Shown piece by piece: positions 51,725 through 60,420 of a stretch of 64,000 bases of DNA. The position numbers and the translations under genes are program-made. The DNA comes from Deltaproteobacteria bacterium (GTDB taxonomy: Bacteria; Myxococcota_A; Polyangia; Polyangiales; Polyangiaceae), in assembly GCA_016875405.1 (NCBI GenBank), contig VGRJ01000016.1:1128-65127 (forward strand), read 5' to 3'. Position 1 is the stretch's first letter. Each line of letters opens with the position of its first letter. The notes beneath the pieces were generated by a model. It made no database searches, had not been told where the DNA came from, and worked only from the letters and a program-made list of their open reading frames with translations.

Positions 51725-52663
51725 CGTGCGCGTGTCACGGCCGCGCTTCGCTCCGGGAGCGCCACCTGCACCACCGGCGCCGTCCGAGGGCGCGTCGTCG
51801 TACGCGCCGTTCGCCGCCTTCCAACGGTCGTAGGTCGCCTTGAAGAACGCGTCGAGGCTCGCGTCGTTCTCGGGCAAGAGCACGTACTTCGGGTGACAGA
51901 GCACTTCGTCGGCGCCGGTGTAGGTGGACGGCTCGACGCCCTTGTCGCGCAGCCGATCCGACTGCACGAGATCTTTCAGCGCGCCCTTGTCGGTCGTCGT
52001 CCAGCCGACGTGCTTCAGCAAGAAGGGCAGCTTGCGCGTCCGCTCGGACATCAACTTTTCGTCGTCGTCAATGAAGGCTCCGCCCCAGCCCGAGTTGTGG
52101 CAGCCGCGGCAAGGCCCCCAGCCGGTCGTCTGCTGGTAGGCAAGAGCACCACCTCCCAGGCGACGAAGTCTTCGTACCGCATGCACGCGCCGAACTCGGC
52201 AAGCGTCTCCTCCGTCGTCTTCGCGGGAACGGTCGGCTCGTCTTCGGGCGGCTCGTCGAGCCCGCGCTCCTTCGCCTCGAGCGCGAGCCAGGCTTCGACG
52301 AGCGTGCGCTGCGTCGCGGTGAGCGCGGGGCCCGTGTGCTCGCCCTTCAAGACGAGCGCGGAGTCTGCCGGCAGCGCGACGACGCCGGGGTGCGCAACGA
52401 GGCGCTCGTACGACGCCGTCTCCGTGAAGCCCATGAACTGCGGTGCGCCGACCGGGTTCTGCGCCGCAGCGTGGCAGAAGGCGCAGGTGAGCTACAGCTC
52501 CGGGTACACCTTGGTGACGAAGAATGTGCCGGCCGGCGTGAGGTTCGACGGCGGCGGGAGCGGCTCGTCCGTCGGAGGCGCGGCCCGCGCACCCGAGAGG
52601 CGAGGTCGCCGCCATCGCGAGCGCGGCGACGAGGAGCATCGAGGCGCCGAGGAGGCGACTCAT
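51725..52663 (-). pseudogene. Disrupted dihaem-motif (2x CxxCH) lipoprotein gene: two compensating frameshifts plus in-frame TAG
   Basis: ATG at 52663 gives MSRLLGASMLLVAALAMAATSPLGC in frame A. Protein-like sequence then continues only in frame B (..PPTDEPLPPPSNLTPAGTFFVTKVYPEL*LTCAFCHAAAQNP..), with TAG at 52494-52492. It returns to frame A near 52150 (..LAYQQTTGWGPCRGCHNSGWGG..). Between the shifts, frame A reads as Arg-rich nonsense. Confidence 0.6.
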
Positions 52664-52867
52664 GGATTCGGGCCCTCGTCCGCCGGCTCCTCGCAATCGC
52701 CCATCTTCCAGCGACCGTAGGTCCGCGCTCGGCGCATTCCGCAAAAGGAGCAGAGTTGTCTCGACGACGCCGAGCCCTCGTCGCGTCGCGACCCAAGAAA
52801 GCATGACCTTCGCATGCACCACCCGAGCAACCTGCACCCCGGTACAGGGGTCTTCGACGCGGCGGGC

Positions 52868-54238
52868 TCAGGTCGCCTTCAGCGGTGCGAACGGCGTCGT
52901 CGACATGGGCTCTTCTGCACCGACCGCGGTCGCCGCCGGATCGAACACCTGCCGCAGGGTCAAGAGCACGTCGGTCGGGTTCTCGCCGGTCTTCGAGCGG
53001 TAGTGAAGGCCCGGGTGGGTAAGCTTGCCGCCGGCGCGACCGGCGACGATCATCGGCTGATCGTCCACCGAGTGAGAAATCCCCTCGGAGCAGTCGCTGC
53101 TACAGAAGACCGCCGTGTTGTCGAGCAGGTTCGCGCCGGGCCCATCGGCCTCGTTCTTGAAGGTCTCGAGCAAGTAGGCCAAGCGCTCCATGGCGAAGAC
53201 GACGCCGTCGTGGACCTGCTTATTCTGCATCCCGGCGTCTTCGTCGTGTGTGTACCAGTGATGCGCGGTGTCGTGGCCTAGATCGGCGAAGATGGTGTTG
53301 CCCGCGCCTTCGGTGAACAAGATGCTCGCGACGCGCGTGATGTCGCAGCGAAACGCGTACTTCAAGAGCTCGGCCATTACCTGGCTCACCGAGACGAGCG
53401 GCTCGTTGCCGCCGACGTCGACGTTCGCCTCGGTCGGCTTCATCGGCTTCTCGCAGAGCGGCGGGAGGGCCGCGACCTTCTTCTCGAGCTCCGCGACGCC
53501 CTGAAGGTGAGCCTCGAGGCGCGCGCGGTCGGCAGCCCCGAGACGCTTGTCGAGTCGCTTCGCGCTGTCGCGTACCAGCTGGAGGACGCCGAGGCGAAGT
53601 GGTCCCGAGGGGTCCTCGGGCGGAGTGAACGAGTCGAAGAGCTGCGTCCAGACCTTCTGCGGATCGTAGGTCGGCGCGAGCGGCATCAGGTACCCCGCGT
53701 GCGACATGGCGTGCATCGTGGTGCCGAAGTCGACCTCGCTCGGGCGCTTCGAGATCCCGAGCTGAAAGGACTTGATGATCGTCTTGTCGCCGACGCCCGG
53801 CGTGTTCGCGATGACCTGGTCGATCGTCGGGCCGCCGGCGTTCGAGTAAAAACCCTGCCCTTCGCCCACGTCTTTGTTGTTGAACCCGCTGAAGATCACC
53901 ATCCCCTCGTGGTGGGTGATCTTGTTCGAGGGCGCGCAGTGGCTGTTGAAGCCGGTGAGGACCGACACGTAGTCCTTCACCGCCCCGAACGGCATGAGCT
54001 CCGCCGTGAGCGGATAGGTCGGCCCTTCGATAGGCGGCACGAACTGATCGAGCCGCACGCCGTTGCCGAAAAAGTACGACAAAAACCTCACCGGAAGCGC
54101 TTCGCCGTCGGCGAGCGCCTCCCCGTGACCGTCGAGCATGGCGTCGAGGAGCGGCAGCGCAAGCGTCGCGCCGACGCCGCCTAGCGCGCCGCGGAGGAGG
54201 GTTCGTCGATGTAGGGGCTTCGAGGGGATCAACACCAT
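52868..54238 (-). CDS. DUF1552-family protein with twin-arginine signal
   Basis: ATG at 54238 gives MVLIPSKPLHRRTLLRGALGGVGATLALPLL (Tat-like RRTLL). The body matches my memory of DUF1552 (FGNGV.., HHEGM.., HWYTHDE.., SSDCSEG..H). It lies 10 nt after the DUF1592-type gene stop. Confidence 0.8.
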   Translation of the reverse strand: MVLIPSKPLHRRTLLRGALGGVGATLALPLLDAMLDGHGEALADGEALPVRFLSYFFGNGVRLDQFVPPIEGPTYPLTAELMPFGAVKDYVSVLTGFNSHCAPSNKITHHEGMVIFSGFNNKDVGEGQGFYSNAGGPTIDQVIANTPGVGDKTIIKSFQLGISKRPSEVDFGTTMHAMSHAGYLMPLAPTYDPQKVWTQLFDSFTPPEDPSGPLRLGVLQLVRDSAKRLDKRLGAADRARLEAHLQGVAELEKKVAALPPLCEKPMKPTEANVDVGGNEPLVSVSQVMAELLKYAFRCDITRVASILFTEGAGNTIFADLGHDTAHHWYTHDEDAGMQNKQVHDGVVFAMERLAYLLETFKNEADGPGANLLDNTAVFCSSDCSEGISHSVDDQPMIVAGRAGGKLTHPGLHYRSKTGENPTDVLLTLRQVFDPAATAVGAEEPMSTTPFAPLKAT

Positions 54239-54248
54239 GGCGCGGCTC

Positions 54249-55913
54249 CTATCGCGGCTCTCCGACCATTCGAAACGCAGGGCTCGCGACCAGCTCGACG
54301 AGGAGCTCTTGAACGCGGAAGCCCTTCTCCTCGAAGCGTCGGTGCAGGTCCTCGAGCGCGGGCTCTTCGCCATCTGTCTCGAGGTGCCCCGTGGCGTCGC
54401 GGTACAGGTTGCGGACCATGCAGTCGGGCACCTGGTAGTGCTCGGCGAGCAGCCCCGCGAGCTCCTTTGGGCCGGCAAAGCTCCCGATGTTGGGGCTCTC
54501 GCCCGAGGTGTCGATCGGCTTGCCCTTTTCGATGGTGCGGAAGCGACCGACGGGATCGAACTTCTCGAGGGACCAGCCGAGCGAGTCGAAGAGCGAGTGG
54601 CAGCTCTTGCAGTTGTCGTCCTTCATGTGCTGCTCGAGGAGCTCCTTCGTGGTGAGTCCATCGGCCGGATCGTCGGGGAGCTTCGGGACGACCTCCGCAG
54701 GCGGCGGCGGCACCGAGTCGCAGAGGAGCGTGCGGCGCATGAACACGCCGCGCTTCGTGGGGGACGACATCGACGCGTGGGAGTAGATCGAGAGGAACGC
54801 CGCCGAGCCAAGGAGGCCTGCGCGCTGTTGCTCGGCCGGGAGCTCGACCTTCACGAGCCCCGAGCCCGCGGGGACGCTCACGCCGTATAGCGGCGCGAGG
54901 TTCGCGTCGACGAAGGCGTGCGTCGCCGTGAGCATCGTGCGCGCGTCGGCGTTCTCGTTCCAGACGAGATCCTCGAGGAACGCGTGGATCGAGGCGTGGA
55001 TCGAGCCCTTTAGCTCTGGAGTCCACTCGGGGAAGCGGTCCGCGGTCTTCACGGTCTCGTCGAGGCGCTCGAAGCGGAACACTTCGTCGTAGAAGGCCTC
55101 GAGCGTCGACCGCGCCTCATCCCTCGCGAGCAGCTCGGTCGCGGCGCTGCGGATCCCCGCCTCGTCATCGAGTCCGCCGCTCTCGGCGAGGTCGAGGAGC
55201 GCGTCGTCGGGCGGTGCGTCGACGAGGAACAACGACATGCGCGTCGCGAGCTCGAGCGGAGTCAGCCGTCGGCGCGCCTCGTCCCCATCGATCGGCTCGC
55301 CGACCTCGACCACGTAGAGAAACTCGGGGGCCTGGAGCAGCGCAGAGAGGACATACGCCACGCCCTTCGGCGCCGACATGTAGACCCCGCCCGCCTTGAC
55401 GCCGATCGCCGCGATCGCCCCCGACTCGGAAGGCTCGAGCGCGCGACGCCAGAGCTTTCGGCCGAAGGTGCCGGCGATGCTCGCGTAGCACGCGCTGTCA
55501 CCGGGGTTCAGCGGCTGGCAGGGCAAGAGCGAGGCGAGCTTGACGGGGTCGCTCGTCACGGCCTTCGCGACGGCGCGCGCCGAGGTTTCGTACGCCTCGA
55601 CGTCGACTGGGGACATCGCGAGCTCGGTCGCGCCGACCGAAGCAAAGCCGTGAAGCTTGATGTCGATGGGGGGCGCGACGGCCGCCGCGGCCTCCTCCCC
55701 GAGGACCTGCCGCACGGCGCGTTGGTACTGCCGCGCGAGCAAGCGGCGCGCGCCGCCCGGCGCGGGCGTGATCTGCTCTTCGAGCGGGGGCGTGCCGGTG
55801 CCGGTGGACGTCTCGTCAACGATGGTCCCCTCGGCGCATCCGGGCCCCGTCGCCCCGACGAGCGCCGCGAGCGCAACCACGCCCGACAGCATGACCGACC
55901 GCATGCCCTTCAT
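54249..55913 (-). CDS. DUF1592/DUF1588/DUF1585-type lipoprotein (Planctomycete-style PSD family), lacks N-terminal cytochrome module
   Basis: Lipobox is ATGPGCAEG. It has the RLLARQYQRAVRQVLG (DUF1595-like) segment. The C-terminal DNCKSCHSLFDSLGWSLEKFDPVGRFR is DUF1585-like. Confidence 0.8.
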   Translation of the reverse strand: MKGMRSVMLSGVVALAALVGATGPGCAEGTIVDETSTGTGTPPLEEQITPAPGGARRLLARQYQRAVRQVLGEEAAAAVAPPIDIKLHGFASVGATELAMSPVDVEAYETSARAVAKAVTSDPVKLASLLPCQPLNPGDSACYASIAGTFGRKLWRRALEPSESGAIAAIGVKAGGVYMSAPKGVAYVLSALLQAPEFLYVVEVGEPIDGDEARRRLTPLELATRMSLFLVDAPPDDALLDLAESGGLDDEAGIRSAATELLARDEARSTLEAFYDEVFRFERLDETVKTADRFPEWTPELKGSIHASIHAFLEDLVWNENADARTMLTATHAFVDANLAPLYGVSVPAGSGLVKVELPAEQQRAGLLGSAAFLSIYSHASMSSPTKRGVFMRRTLLCDSVPPPPAEVVPKLPDDPADGLTTKELLEQHMKDDNCKSCHSLFDSLGWSLEKFDPVGRFRTIEKGKPIDTSGESPNIGSFAGPKELAGLLAEHYQVPDCMVRNLYRDATGHLETDGEEPALEDLHRRFEEKGFRVQELLVELVASPAFRMVGEPR

Positions 55914-56045
55914 CGTACCCGTTCTTCGGAGGTCCGCCCGACAAAATGACTCAGGACGGCTCGTGGAAGAGCCGCCCCGAGAGCAAGGCGCTTCGCGTGA
56001 ACCGCGGCGCCCTCCTCGCTAGGACGTCGCGCGCTCGCGCGGACC

Positions 56046-56621
56046 TCAGAGGTTCGCGGACGCGAACTCCCAGTTGACCAGGTTCCAGAAGGACTCGACG
56101 TACTTGGCGCGCGCGTTGCGATAGTCGATGTAGTACGCGTGCTCCCAGACGTCGCAAGTGAGGATCGGCTTCTTGCCCTGGGTGAGCGGGCAGCCGGCGT
56201 CATGCGTGTCGAGGATGGCGAGCTTCGAGCCGTCCTTGACAAGCCAGGCCCAGCCCGACGCGAAATGGCCGACGGCCACCTTCGAGAACTGCTCCTTGAA
56301 GGCGCCGAAGCTGCCGAACGACTCGTTGATCGCGGCCGCGATAGCCCCGGTCGGCTCGCCGCCGCCCTTCGGGCTCAGGCTGTTCCAGTAGAACGTATGA
56401 TTCCAGACCTGCGCCGACTGATTGAAGAGCGGGCCCGACGAGGCGTGGATGATGTCCTCGAGCGACTTGCCCGCGAGCGAGGCGTCCTTCTCGACGATGC
56501 CGTTGAGGTTGTTCACGTAGGTCGCGTGGTGCTTCCCGTGGTGGAACTCGAGCGTCTCCTTCGAGATGTGGGGGGCGAGCGCGTCGATCGCGTAGGGGAG
56601 CTCGGGCAGCTTGAACGTCAT
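56046..56621 (-). CDS. sodB: Superoxide dismutase, Fe type
   Basis: ATG at 56621 follows AGAGGGAA. Blocks: MTFKLPELPYAIDALAPHISKETLEFHHGKHH, SAQVWNHTFYWNS and DVWEHAYY. Confidence 0.95.
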   Translation of the reverse strand: MTFKLPELPYAIDALAPHISKETLEFHHGKHHATYVNNLNGIVEKDASLAGKSLEDIIHASSGPLFNQSAQVWNHTFYWNSLSPKGGGEPTGAIAAAINESFGSFGAFKEQFSKVAVGHFASGWAWLVKDGSKLAILDTHDAGCPLTQGKKPILTCDVWEHAYYIDYRNARAKYVESFWNLVNWEFASANL

Positions 56622-56694
56622 GATTCCCTCTTGGTCTTCGGTTGAGTGAGTGGGGATAGGGATAGGCGCTGACCCGAGGCGGGTCAAGCCCGCC

Positions 56695-58524
56695 TCAGGC
56701 GATTCGCTCGTCGTCGCGGCGCGGACGAACGTTCCCGGCGAGGATCTTCTTTCGCACGCGGAGGGCGTCCGGCGTCACCTCGAGCAGCTCGTCGCGATCG
56801 ATCCACTCGAGCGCGGTCTCGATCGTGAGCGTCCGCGGCGTCGACAGGATCACGTTCTCGTCGCGGCCGGCGGCGCGGATGTTGGTGAGCTTCTTCTCGC
56901 GGGCGGCGTTCACGTCGAGATCGTTCTCGCGGCTGTGCTCGCCGACGATCATGCCCTCGTAGATCGAGGTGCCCGAGCCGATGAAGAGCACGCCGCGCGG
57001 CTGCAGGTGGAAGAGCGCGTAGGGGGTCGTCACGCCGTTGCGATCCGAGACGAGCGCCCCACCCTTGCGCCGCAGCATGACGCCCGCGTACGGAGCCCAG
57101 CCCTCGAACAAGGTGTTCAAGAGGCCGGTGCCGCGCGTGTCCGTGAGGAACTGCGAGCGGTAGCCGATGAGCCCGCGCGCCGGGACGCGGAACTCCATGC
57201 GAGTGCGGCCGAAGCCGAGGTTCTGCATCTTGTCCATCGCTCCGCGACGCTCGCCGAGGCTCTGGGTGATGCTCCCGACGAACTCGTCGGGCACGTCGAT
57301 CACGACGCGCTCGATCGGCTCGAGGCGCTCGCCGTTCTCTTCGCGGAGGACGACCTCGGGCATGCCGAGCGCGAACTCGTAGCCCTCGCGGCGCATCGTC
57401 TCGGCGAGCACCGCGAGCATCAGCTCGCCGCGGCCGTAGACGATGAAGGCATCGGGGGTCTCGGCGTCCTCGACCTTGAGGGCGAGGTTTCGCTTCGCCT
57501 CGCGGTAGAGCCGATCGCGCACCTGACGCGAGGTGACCCACTTGCCGCTCTGGCCGGCCATCGGCGAGTTGTTGACGACGAAGCGGATCTTGATCGTTGG
57601 CTCCTCGACCGTGATGCGCGGGAGCGCCTCCTCGGCCGTCGGGCTCGAGAGCGTGTCGCCAATCTGGACGTCCTCGCCGCCGGCGATGGCGCAGATGTCG
57701 CCCGCCTCGACCCTGGGCACGTCGACCCGCGCGAGCGCGCGGAAGCCGTAAAGCTGCTTCACGCGCATCGAGGCCGACTTGCCCTCTTGCAGGATCGAGA
57801 GCGTGTCGCCGACCCCGACGCGACCGCGGCTCACGCGCCCGACCGCGAGGCGACCGACGTAGTCATCGTGGACCACGTTGGTGATGAGCATCTGGAAGGT
57901 GCCCTCGGGATCGCCCGGCGGCGGCGGCACGCGCTCGAGGATCGTGTCGAAGAGGGGGTCGAGGCTGGCGCTCGGATCTTCGAGCCGGCGCTTCGCGATG
58001 CCTTGCTTGCCGATCGCGTAGAGGACCGGGAAATCGGTCTGTGCGTCGGAGGCCTCGAGCTCGCAGAAGAGGTCGAACACCTCGTTCAACACCTCGTCAG
58101 GGCGGGCATCCTGGCGATCGATCTTGTTGATGCAGACGAGGATCGGCATGCCGAGCGAGAGCGCCTTGTGGAGCACGAAGCGCGTCTGCGGGAGCGGGCC
58201 CTCCGCGGCGTCGCAGAGCAGGATGGCGCCGTCGGCCATCATCAGCGTGCGCTCGACCTCGCCGCCGAAATCGGCGTGGCCGGGGGTGTCGATGATGTTG
58301 ATGCGGGTGCCCTTGTATTCGACGCTGGTCTGCTTCGCGAGGATCGTGATCCCCTTCTCGCGCTCGAGATCACCCGAGTCGAGGACGCAGGTCGCGACCT
58401 GCTCGTTCGCGCGGAACGCGCCGGTCTGGTGCAGCATCGAGTCGACGAGCGTCGTCTTGCCGTGGTCGACGTGCGCGATGATGGCGACGTTGCGGAGCGG
58501 CTGGGCCGTGGATGGGGTGGTCAT
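56695..58524 (-). CDS. typA: Ribosome-associated translational GTPase BipA/TypA
   Basis: RNVAIIAHVDHGKTTLVD (G1), DTPGHADF (G3), NKID (G4) and BipA-specific C-terminal domains. Confidence 0.95.
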   Translation of the reverse strand: MTTPSTAQPLRNVAIIAHVDHGKTTLVDSMLHQTGAFRANEQVATCVLDSGDLEREKGITILAKQTSVEYKGTRINIIDTPGHADFGGEVERTLMMADGAILLCDAAEGPLPQTRFVLHKALSLGMPILVCINKIDRQDARPDEVLNEVFDLFCELEASDAQTDFPVLYAIGKQGIAKRRLEDPSASLDPLFDTILERVPPPPGDPEGTFQMLITNVVHDDYVGRLAVGRVSRGRVGVGDTLSILQEGKSASMRVKQLYGFRALARVDVPRVEAGDICAIAGGEDVQIGDTLSSPTAEEALPRITVEEPTIKIRFVVNNSPMAGQSGKWVTSRQVRDRLYREAKRNLALKVEDAETPDAFIVYGRGELMLAVLAETMRREGYEFALGMPEVVLREENGERLEPIERVVIDVPDEFVGSITQSLGERRGAMDKMQNLGFGRTRMEFRVPARGLIGYRSQFLTDTRGTGLLNTLFEGWAPYAGVMLRRKGGALVSDRNGVTTPYALFHLQPRGVLFIGSGTSIYEGMIVGEHSRENDLDVNAAREKKLTNIRAAGRDENVILSTPRTLTIETALEWIDRDELLEVTPDALRVRKKILAGNVRPRRDDERIA

Positions 58525-58601
58525 GAGCGAGCGGCTCGCTACCACGCCCCACGCGCGTTGTCACGGAAGCGCACGCTCGAGCGCGACTCCGGTCGCGAGG
58601 G

Positions 58602-59204
58602 TCAGGGGAGGCGCGTGCGGGCGCCGCCCATCGCCATCACCGCTCGGCAGTGCGCGAGGTCGACCGGCTGGACGCTGAGTCGCTGCCCGCGCTGGAGCAC
58701 GAGCATCCCCTCGAGATCGGCCGACTCCTTCAGCTCGGCTAGCGACACGTAGCGCGCGAAGCGCTCGACGAAGGCGAGCTCGACGAGCATCCAGCGAGGC
58801 TCGGTCAGCGTCGCGGCGGGGTCGTGGTACTCGCTCGCGCGATCGAACTGGGTCGGATCGGGGTAGGCCTCCGAGGCCACGCGCGCGAGGCCAGCGACGC
58901 CCGGCGGCTCGCTCGACGAGTGGTAGAAGAGGACGAGCTCGCCGACCTTCATGTCGTCGCGCATGAAGTTACGGGCCTGGTAGTTGCGGACGCCGGTCCA
59001 GGCAGTCTTCCCGTCGCGCGCGAGCGCGTCGATCGAGTAGACGTGCGGCTCCGACTTCACGAGCCAGGTCTTCGGGGCGGAGGGGCGCGGGGCGCTCCCC
59101 TTCGACACCGCAGGCTTGCGGGTGGGCAGCGCGGCAGAGGTCGCAGCCGCGGGCTTCGCCTTCGTCGTGACCTTCGCCTTCGCGGTAAGCTTCTTCGTCG
59201 CCAT
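58602..59204 (-). CDS. EVE (PUA-like) domain protein with Lys/Ala/Pro-rich histone-H1-like N-terminal tail
   Basis: The tail is MATKKLTAKAKVTTKAKPAAATSAALPTRKPAVSKG. The EVE core is WLVKSEPHVYSIDAL..WTGVRNYQARNFMRDDMKVGELVLFYHS. Confidence 0.8.
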   Translation of the reverse strand: MATKKLTAKAKVTTKAKPAAATSAALPTRKPAVSKGSAPRPSAPKTWLVKSEPHVYSIDALARDGKTAWTGVRNYQARNFMRDDMKVGELVLFYHSSSEPPGVAGLARVASEAYPDPTQFDRASEYHDPAATLTEPRWMLVELAFVERFARYVSLAELKESADLEGMLVLQRGQRLSVQPVDLAHCRAVMAMGGARTRLP

Positions 59205-59253
59205 CGGCGCGCATTATTCACGACCGCGACCAGGGTCGCTATGCTCGCGCGCC

Positions 59254-60417
59254 ATGCCCACGCTGCTCGACCGGCTCGCCGCCGTCTCCGCCCTGGTCCC
59301 CGAGTCTGCCGAGCTCTCGAAGGTCGCCGCCCTGCCCGCGCGCCACGTGAGCCTCAGCACCTCGCGCCTGACGGCCGCCGCGCAAGATCCCGCGCACGCG
59401 CACCTCGTCGACGCCGCGGTCCGCTACGCGCAGCGCTCGGTCGGCAAGGGCGGCAACCGCAAGCTCGTGGCGATGCGGGCCGTCGAGCGCCTCACCGTCG
59501 AGTTCGCCCGCGCCCTCTCCGAGCAGATCACAGGCTTCGTCGGCCTCGAGCTCGACGGGCGCCTCGCCTTTCAGAAGCGCGCCACCATCGACAAGGCGCG
59601 CGCGCTCGTCTCCGACATCGAGGAGCTTGGAGTCCCGCGCGAGCGAATCGTGGTCAAGCTGCCGGCGACGCTCGAGGGCATCGAGGCGACCGAGGTGCTC
59701 TCATCGAAGAGCGGCGTGCGTTGTCAGCTCACGCTCGTCCTTGGCATGCATCAAGTCGCCGCCGCGGCCGACGCCGGCGCCCACTCGATCGCGCCGCCGG
59801 TCGGTCGCATCACGGACTACCACAAGCAGGCGGGCACCGAGGCGGTGGACGGCGTGGATCCGTCGCTCGCGCTGGTGCGTTCAATGCGTGAGTACCTGCG
59901 CGCTCACGGCTACCCGACGCTGGTCGTGCCCTACGCCTTCCGAAGCGTCGACCAGGTCCTCGCGCTCGCCGGCTTCGAGGCGCTGACGCTCTCGACCACG
60001 CACACCGACGAGCTCGCGTCGCGCACCGACGACGCCGAGCTCACCGTCGCCGCCCCGACCGCGATCGCGGGGGAGCGCCTCGTCGTGGACGCGCCCACCT
60101 GGAACCGCATGCACGCTGCCGACGGTCTCGCGACGAGCAAGCTCTCGGACGGCGTGCGAAGCCTCGGCTTCGCGGTGGTGTCGCAGGAGAAGCAGCTCGG
60201 CGAGTGGATCAGCGCGAGGCAGGACGCCGAGGCCGAGTCCACCGTGAACGCGTTCTTCCAGGTCTGGGACTACGACGGCGACGGCTACATCGATCGCGAG
60301 GAGTGGAACGGCACCGAGGCGGTGTTCAACGCGCTCGACCGCGACAAGGACGGCCGCATCTCGGTCGAGGAGCTCGCGCGGGGCCTCGGGGCGCCCGCCC
60401 CGTCGAAGGGCGGCTGA
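59254..60417 (+). CDS. Transaldolase-family protein with two C-terminal EF-hands
   Basis: Transaldolase blocks: VGLELDGRLAF, IVVKLPATLEGI, CQLTLVLG, IAPPVGRI and LSDGVRSLG. The C-terminal loops are DYDGDGYIDREE and DRDKDGRISVEE. Confidence 0.8.
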   Translation: MPTLLDRLAAVSALVPESAELSKVAALPARHVSLSTSRLTAAAQDPAHAHLVDAAVRYAQRSVGKGGNRKLVAMRAVERLTVEFARALSEQITGFVGLELDGRLAFQKRATIDKARALVSDIEELGVPRERIVVKLPATLEGIEATEVLSSKSGVRCQLTLVLGMHQVAAAADAGAHSIAPPVGRITDYHKQAGTEAVDGVDPSLALVRSMREYLRAHGYPTLVVPYAFRSVDQVLALAGFEALTLSTTHTDELASRTDDAELTVAAPTAIAGERLVVDAPTWNRMHAADGLATSKLSDGVRSLGFAVVSQEKQLGEWISARQDAEAESTVNAFFQVWDYDGDGYIDREEWNGTEAVFNALDRDKDGRISVEELARGLGAPAPSKGG

Positions 60418-60420
60418 GCC

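Noticed and set aside
50408-52720. 770-aa plus-strand ORF, and the 134-aa ORF at 50895-51299 with a ~25-residue poly-proline run.
   Set aside because: They mirror the minus-strand membrane gene, and the poly-Pro run is simply the complement of the (GGN)n poly-Gly tract. The minus frame has TM helices and start/stop coupling to mosA. The plus frame is Arg/Ala-rich with no features.
52664-52867. Possible molybdenum-cofactor (Moco) riboswitch upstream of the mos/mod gene string.
   Set aside because: I looked for the conserved Moco-motif elements on the minus strand. Only vague resemblances appeared (ccgagcgcgg.., ctggaagatggg). I cannot fold or score it by eye, and the first downstream gene is the disrupted cytochrome-like gene. 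A covariance-model search (Rfam Moco_RNA_motif) would settle it.
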